63,935 nucleotides of DNA, filler included, from Collodictyon triciliatum (GCA_043381765.1; 5 parts of 5 records of this genome joined end to end with filler, not necessarily neighbours in it); one strand, 5' to 3'; shown: positions 35,431-47,756, counted from the first letter of the whole stretch. Translations and numbers: made by a program. Notes: a model not told the origin generated them from the letters alone.

Positions 35431-35664
35431 CTTGTATAGAGCTTTGGTCTTAAGACGCAATTAAGGTTCAATGATTCATGGTCTTGACCCTCTCAAACAA
35501 CTTGCTTTGGAGCAAAATGTGACATTATCACTTTTTAACATATGGGTGATATTGCCACACAAAATATATATAATAATGAAATTTTTGACATGTTCGAGGC
35601 TTCAGAGTTATTATTTGTGGAAAAAGTACTCATTTTTGTTCGATGGGTCGCGGTTTTATTTCCT

Positions 35665-37371
35665 TCATTTAGAAGCAGGTGGGATTTGCATGGCACTTGA
35701 GGACAAAGGTTCCATGGCTCGGACTCCTTCCAACACTCTTAATTGATAATCATAGCGAGAAGCAAAAGCCCCCACCACACTAACACTGGACCCCAGAATA
35801 ATAGCCATTGGGAAGCAGACGAGGAGGCAGTAGTTTCCAAGGATCGCTCGTAATGTCTGTAAGAATTGTATTTCACAAAATTAATATCAACTATGTGCTT
35901 TTTTTCGTGTCAAATAGGATATAAGAATCATTCTAACTACTGTGTCCGTGTGTTCTCTCCAAATCAATAGTATATTATATTTACTTTCTCTCAACAAACT
36001 GTTAAAATGAACCCAAATTAAATTATAATTATACATGGCAATTAATTTAATACTTGTTCAAGAAAAGTGATTTTGGTTCTAAACCGCCAAAGTTGTGCTT
36101 ACCGTGTAATAAAGTCATTTTGGATCCACAGCAGTTTGGAAAAGGCATGTTGCGCCTTAGTCTCTTGCTCAGGAGGAAGGTTGAAGGAATGGATTATGCC
36201 GATGATAGCATCGGCGACAAACCCCATCAAGGCATTCATGTGAACCAGGCTAACGTGAATGTGCTTTGAGCCCTGCGACACAAGGGAAGAAGGAAGCTTC
36301 AAGTCAGTACAATCATATTTCTTTCCAGAAAGTGTTGTGGCATCATACAGCAAAACAAATGAACGTTTTCATTAGATTAAAATATTTTTTCAAGAAAAAA
36401 GAGGAGCTTACAGCGCGGGTAGTATGAATTTTTCCGACAAAGTCTGACAGGGAAGGAAGTTGAAAAAAGTCGCCGTTAGAGATGCAATAGGTTTCATTTC
36501 TGCTCATACACGTAGTTGCATAATGGTAACTACAAGTAGATAACGCCAAATAGACAAAACAAGACGTACCAAGGTACGAAACCAGCTTCTCATCAAACTC
36601 GGCAGTCACTAGGCGTGTCAAGTAGCGACCCAGCATGTTCTTCCTATTTATTTTATTAAAAAAAAATACAGTCAGTGATGGCATTCAATTACACCGCCGA
36701 TGCCGCGCCAAAACACCTGAATTTGATTTGTGGGTGGTCTAGATCCAGGTCCTCAAGTTTGCTGGCAACTTCTCCTTCGTATCCTTGCCCGCGAGGAACA
36801 AAGTATTTCTGTTTTTGAAAAGGTTGGCGAGTCGTTATCAAATTTCAAGGAATGTGGCCAGTTCAAACATGAGGCCCTCTAAATTTATCAAAAACTCTGA
36901 GAAAAAGACATGATTTGGTATACCTTCGTTGCGTCATATGAAAAAAGCTTTGCGTAGACAGCGTCAGCAATAGATGGAACCTATTGATGTCATGAAACAC
37001 TTACATGAAGCAGTTTTGTGCCATTCTATTACAAATCTATGTACTCACCAATGGTCCAAGAAGTGGCGCGGCACCTTTAACGACCTCTTCGTCCTCTTTT
37101 GTCCAGCCGATGAATCCAGCTAGATACTTGAATCTATTTATTTGTGCGTGAGAAAAGTAATAGCCTCATCACCTTGTAATGACATGCAAATAATAGAAGG
37201 TATGTTCTTTCCTTGCATCGAATAAAAGGAAATAAAAATGGACAATTTTCATCCATTCTATGTCCAGGGTGTATGAAGCAGCCTTGGATAGGCACGAAAG
37301 GTCTGTAACAAGGCTAACTCTCACCGGGCTGTGATGTCAGTTTCCAAGGCTTCCGAGTCAACGTGCTGCAT
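35665..37371 (-). CDS. Protoglobin/sensor-globin domain protein with C-terminal hydrophobic segment
   Basis: Spliced translation MQHVDSEALETDITARFKYLAGFIGWTKEDEEVVKGAAPLLGPLVPSIADAVYAKLFSYDATKKYFVPRGQGYEG...QIKFRKNMLGRYLTRLV...YLDFVGKIHT...MNALMGFV...AFSKLLWIQNDFITRHY resembles the single-domain protoglobin family known from fungi. Confidence 0.85.
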
Positions 37372-37681
37372 TTCGCTAGGTGGTTTCCTCTTTACTGGGT
37401 CTACTGGTCTGCTTGATGTATGAAGAGAAAAGGAACAGAAAGAGAAATGAAAATTCAATACTGAACTCGCAGGGCGAGACAGAGAGGGCTTTGATAACAA
37501 GAGATGACCAGGACATGATTAACAATATCACAAACATTTTCAGGGACGCTATTGTCTCCCACAAGTATGAAGAGCTTCTTGTTTCTAATAGTAAGAAAGC
37601 TGCTTTTTTTTATTGGAGGACGTGAGAATTACATTTAAGTACTGGACTAAATGCCTGGTTATATGGAAAATTTTATGTTCT

Positions 37682-37761
37682 GTTGACATTTTAGATTTCC
37701 GCGAAGTTGACATTTTAGATTTCCGCGAAGTCGACGTGGTAGATTTCCGCGAAGTTGACAT
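37682..37761. repeat. 24-bp tandem repeat (GTTGACATTTTAGATTTCCGCGAA) x3.3
   Basis: Units start at 37682, 37706, 37730 (variant) and 37754 (partial); no spacers. Confidence 0.92.
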
Positions 37762-38006
37762 GTTTAATGCCCATGGGATTGAAGAGGTTAATTTCCATGA
37801 AGGTTTCTTTCGCATAATTTTTCAAAGATTCTGTCTCATGACACCTCAATGGTGCATGCAGTTTCAATGTTTTGTTCTATGGCTACTGCTACATTCAAAC
37901 TATTAGATTTACTTTAGCTATTTTGAATTATTTGACTTTCAAATAAATGAAGTTGAAGTATATGAATAATTACTAAAGCCTTTGTGAATAGATTCTGGAC
38001 AAAGCT

Positions 38007-38064
38007 TCATTGAATATTAAAGTTTTTTTCCTTTATTCGATTCAAAGTCATTGAATATTAAAGT
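38007..38064 (-). mobile_element. 24-bp LINE-tail micro-insertion with perfect 17-bp target-site duplication
   Basis: TCATTGAATATTAAAGT (38007-38023) + TTTTTTCCTTTATTCGATTCAAAG (38024-38047) + TCATTGAATATTAAAGT (38048-38064). The insert's reverse complement matches the terminus at 56903-56929. Confidence 0.85.
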
Positions 38065-38892
38065 AATGTGCTGGGACGGTTGGCTCAGCTAGTGACTCAA
38101 GATTTAAATTTTTAGATATAACCATCTCAAAAAATGACATGTTTTACCGCGAAATAGAAAAATATTCCTTTCAATCGGCCTTATGCGTAAGATTCAAAGT
38201 AAATTCTTGGTAAAGCGCGCCAAATTTTATTTTCTTAAAAAATAGGAGTAACGACTTTCATAATTCTTTCAAGCCAATGGTGCTATTCATAGCATTTTGA
38301 ACTTGAGTCGGCGACTTAATATGCTATGTATGGCTATATTTTAGCGATCTTCATGAGTAAATTTTTGAATTATTCTTGTAACGGTTTGTAATCATTGAAA
38401 TTTGATATTAAAACTTTAGATTTTTTTCGCAAGAAACCAAAATATAAAGAGAGGGACGAAGAAACTCTTTCACGAAAAAAAACATTAGTTCCTTAAGAAT
38501 ATTTGCCGATAATTCTCATGTGATGCACTAAGGCATACTCAATTTCGTTAGTGTAATAGAAAATCTCAATTAGTTTTTTCTCAAGAGGTTATTGTAAAAT
38601 TTCAATATAAGAAAACCTAACGACCATACTTCCTACAAGATTTTTGATATTTACCATTTTTATCTCTTTTATAATAGAAATGATGGTAGAAATCAAGAAT
38701 AATAGTTTTCTTTATTCGAATCAAGAATATTATATTATTAGAAAAAATTATTAAGGGAAACTAAAAATATTTATTTATTGAAAATATAGAATATGAAATT
38801 TGAACTTAAGATGCTCTCAGTAAATATTCAGCAAAACTTAATTTCAACTAAACAAAAAACTTTTTGTATGTATGATGTATGTTATTAAGGGG

Positions 38893-41800
38893 ATGAAAGG
38901 TGTTGTTGAAGTAATCAATTCCAATGCACCGACAATTGGAGTCTACGAAAAAGAGTTGAAAGACCCTAAAGGAGACCGCGACCTGAAGAGCATGTCTCTC
39001 TCAAGCACAGCCACAGGTGCTCTGGACGTCCTCGACCTCTCATCAATATGGAACAGAAATTCTGGTTCCCAAATTGACGCCCTGATTTGCGAAGAAATTA
39101 GAGAAAACTATCAGATGGACAATTGGTTGAGCTTCTTGGTGAGAATTTCTCTATTTGAAAACTATATCCATATAAACCCGTAAAGATCTAATATTAAGTT
39201 GTTTATATATTGAAAAATATTGATATTGTAACTAAAATACTGATTTTCTCAGCTTTTGTATATTTTTACGGTTGAATGAAACTGCTTATTTTAATATCCT
39301 GCCTTATTTCCATAATGTAGAATATCGAAGTGGAAAAGGAGTTCATAGAGAAATACTTTAACGCCATCGAAACACACCGTGCTTTCTGCCTTGTTGTTGC
39401 GTGTATTTGGACTCTTTCAACATTATTCCTTATATTGGATTTCCATTTTTCACGGTGCATAATTTTTTTTGCTCTTGGAAGTAGTCATTTATGGGGTTAC
39501 TTCTTACTCAAAAATAGGTGATGTTAATACCCGATCATATTATTATAAAAAAAATTCTCGCTTCGGCATTCAAATATACAATAAATATTATAATGAGGAT
39601 TCACTGAATTATAGTGCGTGAAATTATATTCATATTCCTTCGTATACTTTTGCGTTTTGGAGCTAATTATTTCAATTCACTCCTCAGGAAAGCGAGGAAC
39701 TACCAACTGCAACTGATCTGTGTTTTGGTATTCTTTAATGTGGTTGGAATCGGTATGCTACTAAAACTCAGCCAAAATGAGTATGAAACCCAGAACCTGT
39801 TGCTGAATGACGGCCGACTTGCTGCAGCAATATACGTCTTCGTTCTTTACGCTGTCATGATATCATTACAGTTCACAATCAAGGTTTAATTAAGTTAACC
39901 TTGCTATTGCATTATTTCAAATCGATAATTCGTATTTCAGTAAACACTACTCAGCCTCTAGATTTTTCTGCTCCAAATAATCTAATAAAAATTATGTAAT
40001 TATTTTCATAAATGCGTTAAAATTATCAACTACAACAGATTATTGTCAAGATTTGGCTAGGGGTTATGATATACTTTTATGTGACTATTTCTACGTTGCC
40101 CTTGACTCAGTCTGTGCAATATCTGGATGGAAGTCTATTTCTCGTCGCCATCAGCATTTCTTTGGGCTTTTCAGTATACTCAAAGGAGCTTGGAATTCGT
40201 AACCAAGAGGTACCTTTAAAAAAATTATTTGAATTGCATCAAATTACAACATAATTTTTAATACCTTTGAAAACCCTCCTTAAATTTGTATTAAGCTCAA
40301 AAATTAAAGAACGTTTATGTCATAAACGAACATAGATAAGAAGAGCTGTTGCACTAAGACGAACAGAAGAGGCCATGAACGAAAAAGCAACAGCAGTTAA
40401 CAACTTACCTACTTCTCATACGATAATATTAACATAACATCGAACTGTTTAAATAATACGCACTCTTCAAAGTTTTACATATTAGCTTGAAATTACAGAC
40501 TTCATTAAAGTCACATATTCTAAAGGTATTCATAACCACAAAAAACAGGAATTACTTTTGCTCAACATTTTGCCAAGGAAAATTGCACGTCGCCTAAGAA
40601 ATGGAGAAGAAGTAAAAAAAATGTTATTATTTTCACACAAATCGAAAATTTTGAGTAAATGTGGACTTCTCTATTAGATTATTGCTCTCAATGAAAAACA
40701 GTCGATCAATATAGATTAAGGCAAAATCGCATACAGGTTATCGCAGACCAATACGAAAACGTGACTGTTCTTTTTGCTGATTTGGTTGGTTGGACTGAAA
40801 TCTCGCGGTCTATGAATCCTGTGGAAAGCATCGAGCTGCTTAATGAGATAGTATGCAATCTCGACCGTCTCGCGATGTTTCACAAAATGGAAAAAATCAA
40901 AACCATCGGCGATGGTGAGTAAGATGTAAAAGAATTTTTTTTCTTTGACTTTATCAACCAGGCACGAGTAAATAAATAGGTAATCAGTTCTTAATGGAGA
41001 AAAAATCGTATCTTATTACAAGTTTCATGTCTGATAAATTGTCTATAGGATACCTGGTGGCATGCGGACTACCTGAGCCCATGGAAGCTGTCGCAAGTTG
41101 CAGATCTATGGCAAATTTCGCATTAGGTGTTGTAGGAATCGTAAGTTTGGTATATAATGAAGTTTCCGTCGTTTAATACTTCGATATTTATATCATTTGT
41201 TTTGTTATAATCCTTCATAGTTTTTGACGGTATTGCGAGGTACAGACAAATTTGTTCATGATGAAAACTTTACTAAATAAATTGAATCTTTATGAAAGCT
41301 GCAAAATATTACAAAAGGAAAGAAGCACAGCTTCCAGATGACAATTGGTATGCACACAGGCTCAGTAGTTGCTGGGGTGATTGGTAGGCTTATTTTCTTT
41401 TACGATGTACTTGTTGTTTGGACATCAAATAATCTTAAATTTATAATTCTGGTTCTCCAAAACATCTTGGTAAATAAGCGTGATGCTAACAAATAATGAT
41501 TTCTATATTAAAAGGCAAGACTAAGTTTCTGTACGACCTTTGGGGCGACTCTGTCAACACAGGTTTCACATAGATTAGAGGCTTTGCCATAATTTCCTTC
41601 TTTATTTTGAAATCCTTATAATATTGAATTTTATATTATTGATATCATTTTCTATATCAATTTTTCAGAAATTTAATGATGCTCCATACAGATTTTCTAA
41701 TTGATAACGAAATATATTATCTGCAGCAAGCCGAATGCAATCTTACAGCGACCCGAACCGAATCCATGTATCAGAACGAGTTTATGAACTCCTGAGATCG

Positions 41801-42905
41801 GAATATGATTTTGAAAAGCGACCTGTGATGCAAATCAAAGGCAAAGGAGAGATGCAAACATACTTTCTTCAAAAAAAGCAAGGATCTTCTATTACTATTA
41901 TCTTCATTTATGTGAAAGTTATTAATTTAGTATGCTTATATTTATGGTATGGAAATCGTATTATTATCATATCTGTGAGTCAAACTTAAAAATAAAAATT
42001 TTCAAACATCATTAAGGAAAACACGAAAAAATTTCGATATCGAGGAAGATGAAGAAACACTCGTACAATCTGCTAATGGTTTTATAGAAATGCACTCTTC
42101 AATACCAATTTTTATTATTTTACTCTTTTAAAATGTAACATGATATATCAAGATGCAATTTTTTCAACGTAAAAACTAGTTTTCTTCTCTAATACTGAAA
42201 ACTGTAGATACAGTGGACGAAAATAAGAAGGATATGCCACACCCAGAGGAGTTGAAAGACGGAAAACCTGGAAATGGGATGTCTCGAAAAGAGCGCAAGG
42301 CTAGAAAGGCAAGAGAGGCGATGCAGAAAAAAATCCAAGAGCTAGATGGTCATCTAGATATCCAAATACAGTCCAGCTGGAGCATATTGAAGTTCACCGA
42401 TTCGAACCTAGAGGAGAAATTCTGCAATATCCAGGAAATCAATGTTAAGGAGCGTATGACATCGTTCACTGTATGTCTGATATTTGTGGAGCTGGTTGTA
42501 GGACTTGATATGTACGCATTTGACTCAAACCGCATTGATTTCTACTACATGGTCTTTGGACCGTGCGTCTGTGTGCAAGTAAGAGGTTTTGTATAAAATG
42601 TGTTTTTCAGATTTATTATTTTATTCTTACCTTGAAAGAAGAATTATTGGAAGCCTTGAGATATAAGTGACATGAAATCATTTTTTAATACCAATTTTTG
42701 GTGATTAATTCAGCACCTATTACATATTGAATATTGTAAATATTACTTATCATTAGATTTTATGTGATTCTCATTTTTAAATTTTACATCAGCTTGTGAG
42801 TGCAGTTGTCAGCTATTTTGCTCGTGATAGTTCGATGGAACTTGGTACATTCAACATCATTTTGAACCGATTTGCGATTACTGTTTTGTACGGCTATTGC
42901 CGGTA
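38893..42905 (+). CDS. Class III transmembrane adenylyl cyclase, 3'-partial
   Basis: TM exons, then LLLNILPRKIA, VTVLFADLVGWT, EKIKTIGDGY, IGMHTGSVVAGVIG, YDLWGDSVNTASRM, IKGKGEMQTYFL, then a second TM cluster. K (KIKT) and D (YDLWG) specify ATP rather than GTP. Cut by the contig end. Confidence 0.92.
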
Positions 42906-42908
42906 AAA

Positions 42909-43069
42909 TTTTATTCTTTTATTCTTTTATTCTTTTATTCTTTTATTCTTTTATTCTTTTATTCTTTTATTCTTTTATTCTTTTATTCTTTTATTCTTTT
43001 ATTCTTTTATTCTTTTATTCTTTTATTCTTTTATTCTTTTATTCTTTTATTCTTTTATTCTTTTATTCT
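42909..43069. repeat. (TTTTATTC)n octamer repeat at contig end
   Basis: Read directly. Confidence 0.95.
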
Positions 43070-43169
43070 NNNNNNNNNNNNNNNNNNNNNNNNNNNNNNN
43101 NNNNNNNNNNNNNTTAATTAATTAANNNNNNNNNNNNNNNNNNNNNNNNNNNNNNNNNNNNNNNNNNNN
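43070..43169. other. Artificial contig linker
   Basis: N44-TTAATTAATTAA-N44. Confidence 0.97.
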
Positions 43170-43208
<39 letters not shown>

Positions 43209-43290
43209 TGAGTGAGAGAGAGAGAGAGAGAGAAAATGAGAGAGAGAGAAAATGAGAGAGAGAGAGTGTGTGTGTGTGTGTGTGTGTGAG
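43170..43290. repeat. (GA)n/(GT)n dinucleotide repeats
   Basis: Read directly. Confidence 0.95.
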
Positions 43291-43346
43291 TCTGTGCATT
43301 GGATTTGGTTTATTCCCGGACGGTATGCTCGAGAGATACTACACGC

Positions 43347-44552
43347 TTATGAGAGATTCTGCAGAAGACACGCACAGCAGGCGGCGCAGCGCAATCGGAG
43401 TCATTATCGGAATAATAATAATAAAAGATGAATATGCAAAGTGAATTAGAAGTTAAAAGTGAACCATACAAAAGCACAGCAAAAACCCCCTCCAAAATCC
43501 ATGGCGTGCGTTAGTTAAGCAGCAACCAGGGGATAACACGACGTGGGATGGGTCGACACAAGGAGGGAAAGCGGAACAATCAGACAGAAAGAACAGAATT
43601 GAGAAAAGGGCTTGAAAGACAGGGAAGAGAAGAGAGGAGAGGAAAAAAGGGGCGAAACAACGAGAAAGTCGAGAGAACGCACCAGAATGGCGTTGACGAT
43701 GTCGCCGTTGGCCTCGCGAAGGGCACGGACAGCCTTGGCGCGGGAGACGCTTCCCTGGGACATGACGGTGGCGATGTCGCTCTCCTGCAGGCCGGTGGCG
43801 TCGACGTCCGCATCATCCTCGGCGGCAGCGCTTGTGCTTGCGGCACTCGGGCTGGCGACAGCGGGGGCGGCCTGGGCGGCGCTGGCGGGGACGGCTGGGC
43901 TCTGGGCCTTGAGGGCATCGGCCGCGCGGGCAGCCTGCTTGGCCGCAAGATCCTCGACCTTGACCTCACCAAAGACCACATACGTGTCGCTGTTGCTGGC
44001 CTTGAGCACATCCGGGTGCGCAATCACAAAGAGCATCGCCTTGCCGCGGCGGAACGTCACGCGTGTCACCTTGGGCACCTCCTTCAGCCCGAGCTTCTGC
44101 ATCGCCTTGCGCACCTTCTTCTCGCCCTTGGTCTGGCGCGAGCCTCCCTTGCCGGACTGTGCGTATGGTGTGCGGTTAGTATGTTATCGGCCTTGTCGGA
44201 GTTGGAGTCAGTATTTTCCCTTCTTTTCATTTCTTTTCTTTTTCGTTCTTTGTCGGCAGTTCCTGTTTCTGAAGGGTCGAGAGATGGGGTTTCTGAGGCG
44301 CAAGGGCACTTACTTGGTCGGCCTCGGCATCAGAGGGGTGGGGGGCTGTGGTCTCGTCCTCTTCGTTGTCGGATCCGTCCTCGATGTGGACTTCCTCTTC
44401 CTTCTGCAAAATGGTGGGAGAGCGTATTTCAGTGTTTGTGAGGAGTGAATGCAAGTCGGCGGGGTGAACGCCTGTTGGCCGGGCTTCAGCACAGCGGTTC
44501 GGTGGGGGTGGCTGATAAGACATACGGGGGCTTCGGTAGCAGGGTTGGCCAT
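43347..44552 (-). CDS. NACA: Nascent polypeptide-associated complex alpha subunit
   Basis: EKKVRKAMQKLGLKEVPKVTRVTFRRGKAMLFVIAHPDVLK..SDTYVVFGE (NAC domain) and DIATVMSQGSVSRAKAVRALREANGDIVNAIL (UBA); four exons from MANPATEAP to NLS*. Confidence 0.95.
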
Positions 44553-45389
44553 TGCGTGTGGGTTGTTTCTGAAAAGCAAAGCAAGAGCGTGTGAGTACGG
44601 GGCGTTGGCATGGGGTATTGTGGGTGCTCGAATGAGAAGAATGTCAGGCCATGGCGCAAGGGCAAGCAAAGAGCCAGAAAATCAGCATATGGCGTGGGGA
44701 AACAGGCGTGATCTGTTTGCAAAGTGTGATCGCTGGGGGAGTGATCTTGTGTTGCAAGTTTGATCTGAACGAAATTGTGGGCGTTTCATGCGGTGCCAGA
44801 GGATCGGAGTTCTAGGTCGTGGACAAAGGTGTATAATCTCTAGTCTCGAGGAATCCGGGGGGCTTCAGTTGGAAAGCGGCGAGGACTCGATAGACACGAC
44901 AGCACCCCACCGATACAACAAGGGGTCAAAATTGCTGAATACTGCCCGATCCAAAGAGAGGCAAAATTCTGTCTCCGTAAGACATGCCCACTTCCCTGAA
45001 ATGCCCACACAAAATTGACCTAACCCTGAATCAGTCGCTTTGTTACGCGCTCTGAGTCTGTGACTTCTACCGGGCAGCTAGGCTTTGACCTTTTCTTTCA
45101 TGCGGGAGGTGGGAGGGCGGAAGGGCACTTACGAGTAGTCTCGCTCCGAGTTACGGGCTTGAACTAATGGGTGACTTGCGGGGATTTAGAGGATTTGTGG
45201 CATCGATACCAGAATTTGCTGATCTGCTTCTGAGACTTTAATCTGTTTATTCTGCAAAAGGACATAGATCACTCAATTCTGGAAAAGGCCTAGAAAGGGT
45301 GTTGGGTGTTGGGTGGTGCAAGAGATGGGTGAGGCGTGGAAGGAAAGGTGGTTGCCACAAGCAATACTTCGACATGCCGACTTTGTGAT

Positions 45390-47534
45390 TCAGAACTTCC
45401 AGAACAAGCATAAGGAATAGAGCGCGCTGATGAGAGGAAACAGAACGTCTAACATATTTCTCGATGTGCTGTACTGACCGAAGGCCTGATGGTCGATTTT
45501 CAGAGTGTGTATCTCAAACGTCATGGAAACAAGATTCGAGAGGGATGTGGCAATAAATTGTATTGCGATACTAAAGACCAAGAAATATGGGTCGTTGTGA
45601 GTTGGTAGATTGACTTCTCCACGAATTGGGTGAATCAGATATATAATTACGGGGCATAGGAAGGACATCCGTAAGTCAGCAAACATTTCATACGAGAGTG
45701 AAATGGCACGAAGCTTCCTGAGATATTCTAGCTTTTTCTTTTTTCCTTCCTTGTAGCGAATCTGCGCATCTAGGGGTATATCCGCTGGAATGGAAATATT
45801 GCTTCTCTCTGATGTTCTTCTCCGCTGGGGATGGAGGCCAATACTACTAGAGCTTAATCTATGATTAAAATGCTGTAGCTGTCTTTGTGAGCCAGTCTCA
45901 CTCCCTGGTCTTGCCGAGTCTGAATTTCGTCTCCAGAAAAAGAGGCATTTTTGCAGTAGATAAGCGACTCGGTTCTCTTCATCCTCGACTGCAGGCACTT
46001 CAAAACTTTCAGCCACTTCTTCACCCAGTACATCGATAGCGAAGTGCGACCCATGCCTTGATGGTGCCTCGGCGTCGCTTGTAAAAAACCCAACTTCGAT
46101 AGTAGTACCCGATGTACTTGATGTCAAAACTCCATTGCTTTCGTCATAAGAATAGTTGACTCGTAGATTTAGCAATTTGGTCCACAAGAAAACGCGAATA
46201 GAGCTCAAAATGCGAATGTATCGCCTACGGAATTGATGTGTAGCTTTGATGTATTTGATGAAAAGGACGCGAGAGACGAAATCAATCACGGATGATAAAA
46301 CTGTTGATATTGCCATTTCTTCATACGAACCAGAGGTCGCAGAGAGTAATCGAGACAAACATATGACCACGCACATAAATGCAGAGCTTTGAAGATAACG
46401 GTCCTCCATGCTCTCAATTGACATGCCTTCGAAAAATAAATCACTCAATCCGATAATTCCATACAAGACAGGAAGCAAAACGAAGCACCTCAGAATCACC
46501 CGATATAGCGCAGTGGGGGTATAGATTGTAATCCAAAGTATTGACGTAAAAACAAGGGACCCAGTAAGATATATGTACATCCCATAAAAAAGGACCTGAG
46601 GTGTTCCGTCCTTCGTGAGAGCGAATTGCCTTTTGTATGTTTCTTCTTTTATTTTATCTTGTTCTTCGGAGTCAGTGCAAGTAAGTTCAGGTGGTTTTCT
46701 CTCATCTTGGACTGTTTCCAAGCCCGTAGATGTGATATTGGTTGAGGCCTCATTTGATGATGTAGGTACGCTATCTTCGTTTTTCTTCAATGAGATATCT
46801 TTCCCCTGCTGGAATAGATAGTTGCTTTGGTCTTCGCTCCTTACCAGAGCACGGCTTGCGTAAAATTGGTGGGAAAGTACAAAGAAAAATGAAGAAACGC
46901 CTAATCGAAAAATATTGAAAATCCCGCAGAATCCTAGAAACAAGAGCTGCAGAGCCATGCACGGGACAGATATTTGGTACAAAATTGGCTTTACTATGTG
47001 CCTTCCAAATACAACCGTCAATCCCATTATTAGAATGGTGTAATTCCCAAAGCTGGTGACCAGTAGCATCGCCATTCGGTATGTGAATTGAAGTCTTTGA
47101 AATCTGTTTCCAAGAGGGTCTGATTTTTTGTCTACGACTGGCTCATAGAATATATACCAAGGACGAGAAGAAACTGAGTCGATATGGCAAAAGGTCATGT
47201 TGACCAGGGCATCGCTTGTGCGTCTTGCTATTACGAGGTGTCCTTGTTCGCTGTGCCGCAGATTGTAAACGTCTTCATATTTTTGCTTATGATGGGAGTA
47301 TGCAGTTTGCACGTTGGTGTCGGTGTTGTTTTGTACATCCTTGCAAATTGTGTAGAACTCTTCGTAAAGTGTGTTGTAGTCGTAGATGTAAGTCGGGGCA
47401 AAGTAAAGAACAAGCGCAGATACGCATAACATATTGACCCAGAACGCGCGGGCCGCTATGGAGCGGTAGATTACCGTGGCCTTTGCTAATGAGTCGCGGT
47501 AGCTGGGTGTGTCGTCCTCCTGCCTATGCATCAC
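45390..47534 (-). CDS. Intronless 714-aa multi-pass membrane protein, function unknown
   Basis: Single uninterrupted ORF with many hydrophobic segments separated by S/T/E-rich loops; no motif recognised. Confidence 0.8.
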   Translation of the reverse strand: MMHRQEDDTPSYRDSLAKATVIYRSIAARAFWVNMLCVSALVLYFAPTYIYDYNTLYEEFYTICKDVQNNTDTNVQTAYSHHKQKYEDVYNLRHSEQGHLVIARRTSDALVNMTFCHIDSVSSRPWYIFYEPVVDKKSDPLGNRFQRLQFTYRMAMLLVTSFGNYTILIMGLTVVFGRHIVKPILYQISVPCMALQLLFLGFCGIFNIFRLGVSSFFFVLSHQFYASRALVRSEDQSNYLFQQGKDISLKKNEDSVPTSSNEASTNITSTGLETVQDERKPPELTCTDSEEQDKIKEETYKRQFALTKDGTPQVLFYGMYIYLTGSLVFTSILWITIYTPTALYRVILRCFVLLPVLYGIIGLSDLFFEGMSIESMEDRYLQSSAFMCVVICLSRLLSATSGSYEEMAISTVLSSVIDFVSRVLFIKYIKATHQFRRRYIRILSSIRVFLWTKLLNLRVNYSYDESNGVLTSSTSGTTIEVGFFTSDAEAPSRHGSHFAIDVLGEEVAESFEVPAVEDEENRVAYLLQKCLFFWRRNSDSARPGSETGSQRQLQHFNHRLSSSSIGLHPQRRRTSERSNISIPADIPLDAQIRYKEGKKKKLEYLRKLRAISLSYEMFADLRMSFLCPVIIYLIHPIRGEVNLPTHNDPYFLVFSIAIQFIATSLSNLVSMTFEIHTLKIDHQAFGQYSTSRNMLDVLFPLISALYSLCLFWKF

Positions 47535-47756
47535 TCCTCACCCTGGGTCAGGATCGATCTGCCTGGTGAACAATTGTCGTTAGACTCTTGACAGTTCGCG
47601 CTTCGCTGAATGCTTTTCTCTGTTCGGTCGTTCGCAGGCGTTTGGTTGTCGGCGTTGAGTTAAAATATCGCTTTGCTGTCACATAAACGCCGTTGCGAAA
47701 ACGTTTCATTTATCTATTTGTGGATTTTACTGTATTTCCATGTGATGGCCGCATTG

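Noticed and set aside
37682-37761. CRISPR-like array
   Set aside because: Units are directly adjacent with no unique spacers, and there are no cas genes.
38024-38047. TTCGATTC as a tRNA T-loop/B-box (tRNA-derived SINE)
   Set aside because: No A-box or cloverleaf; the motif is better explained as the antisense of a LINE 3' terminus.
43548-44448. Long + strand ORFs of 278-297 aa
   Set aside because: Antisense shadows of GC-rich NACA exons.
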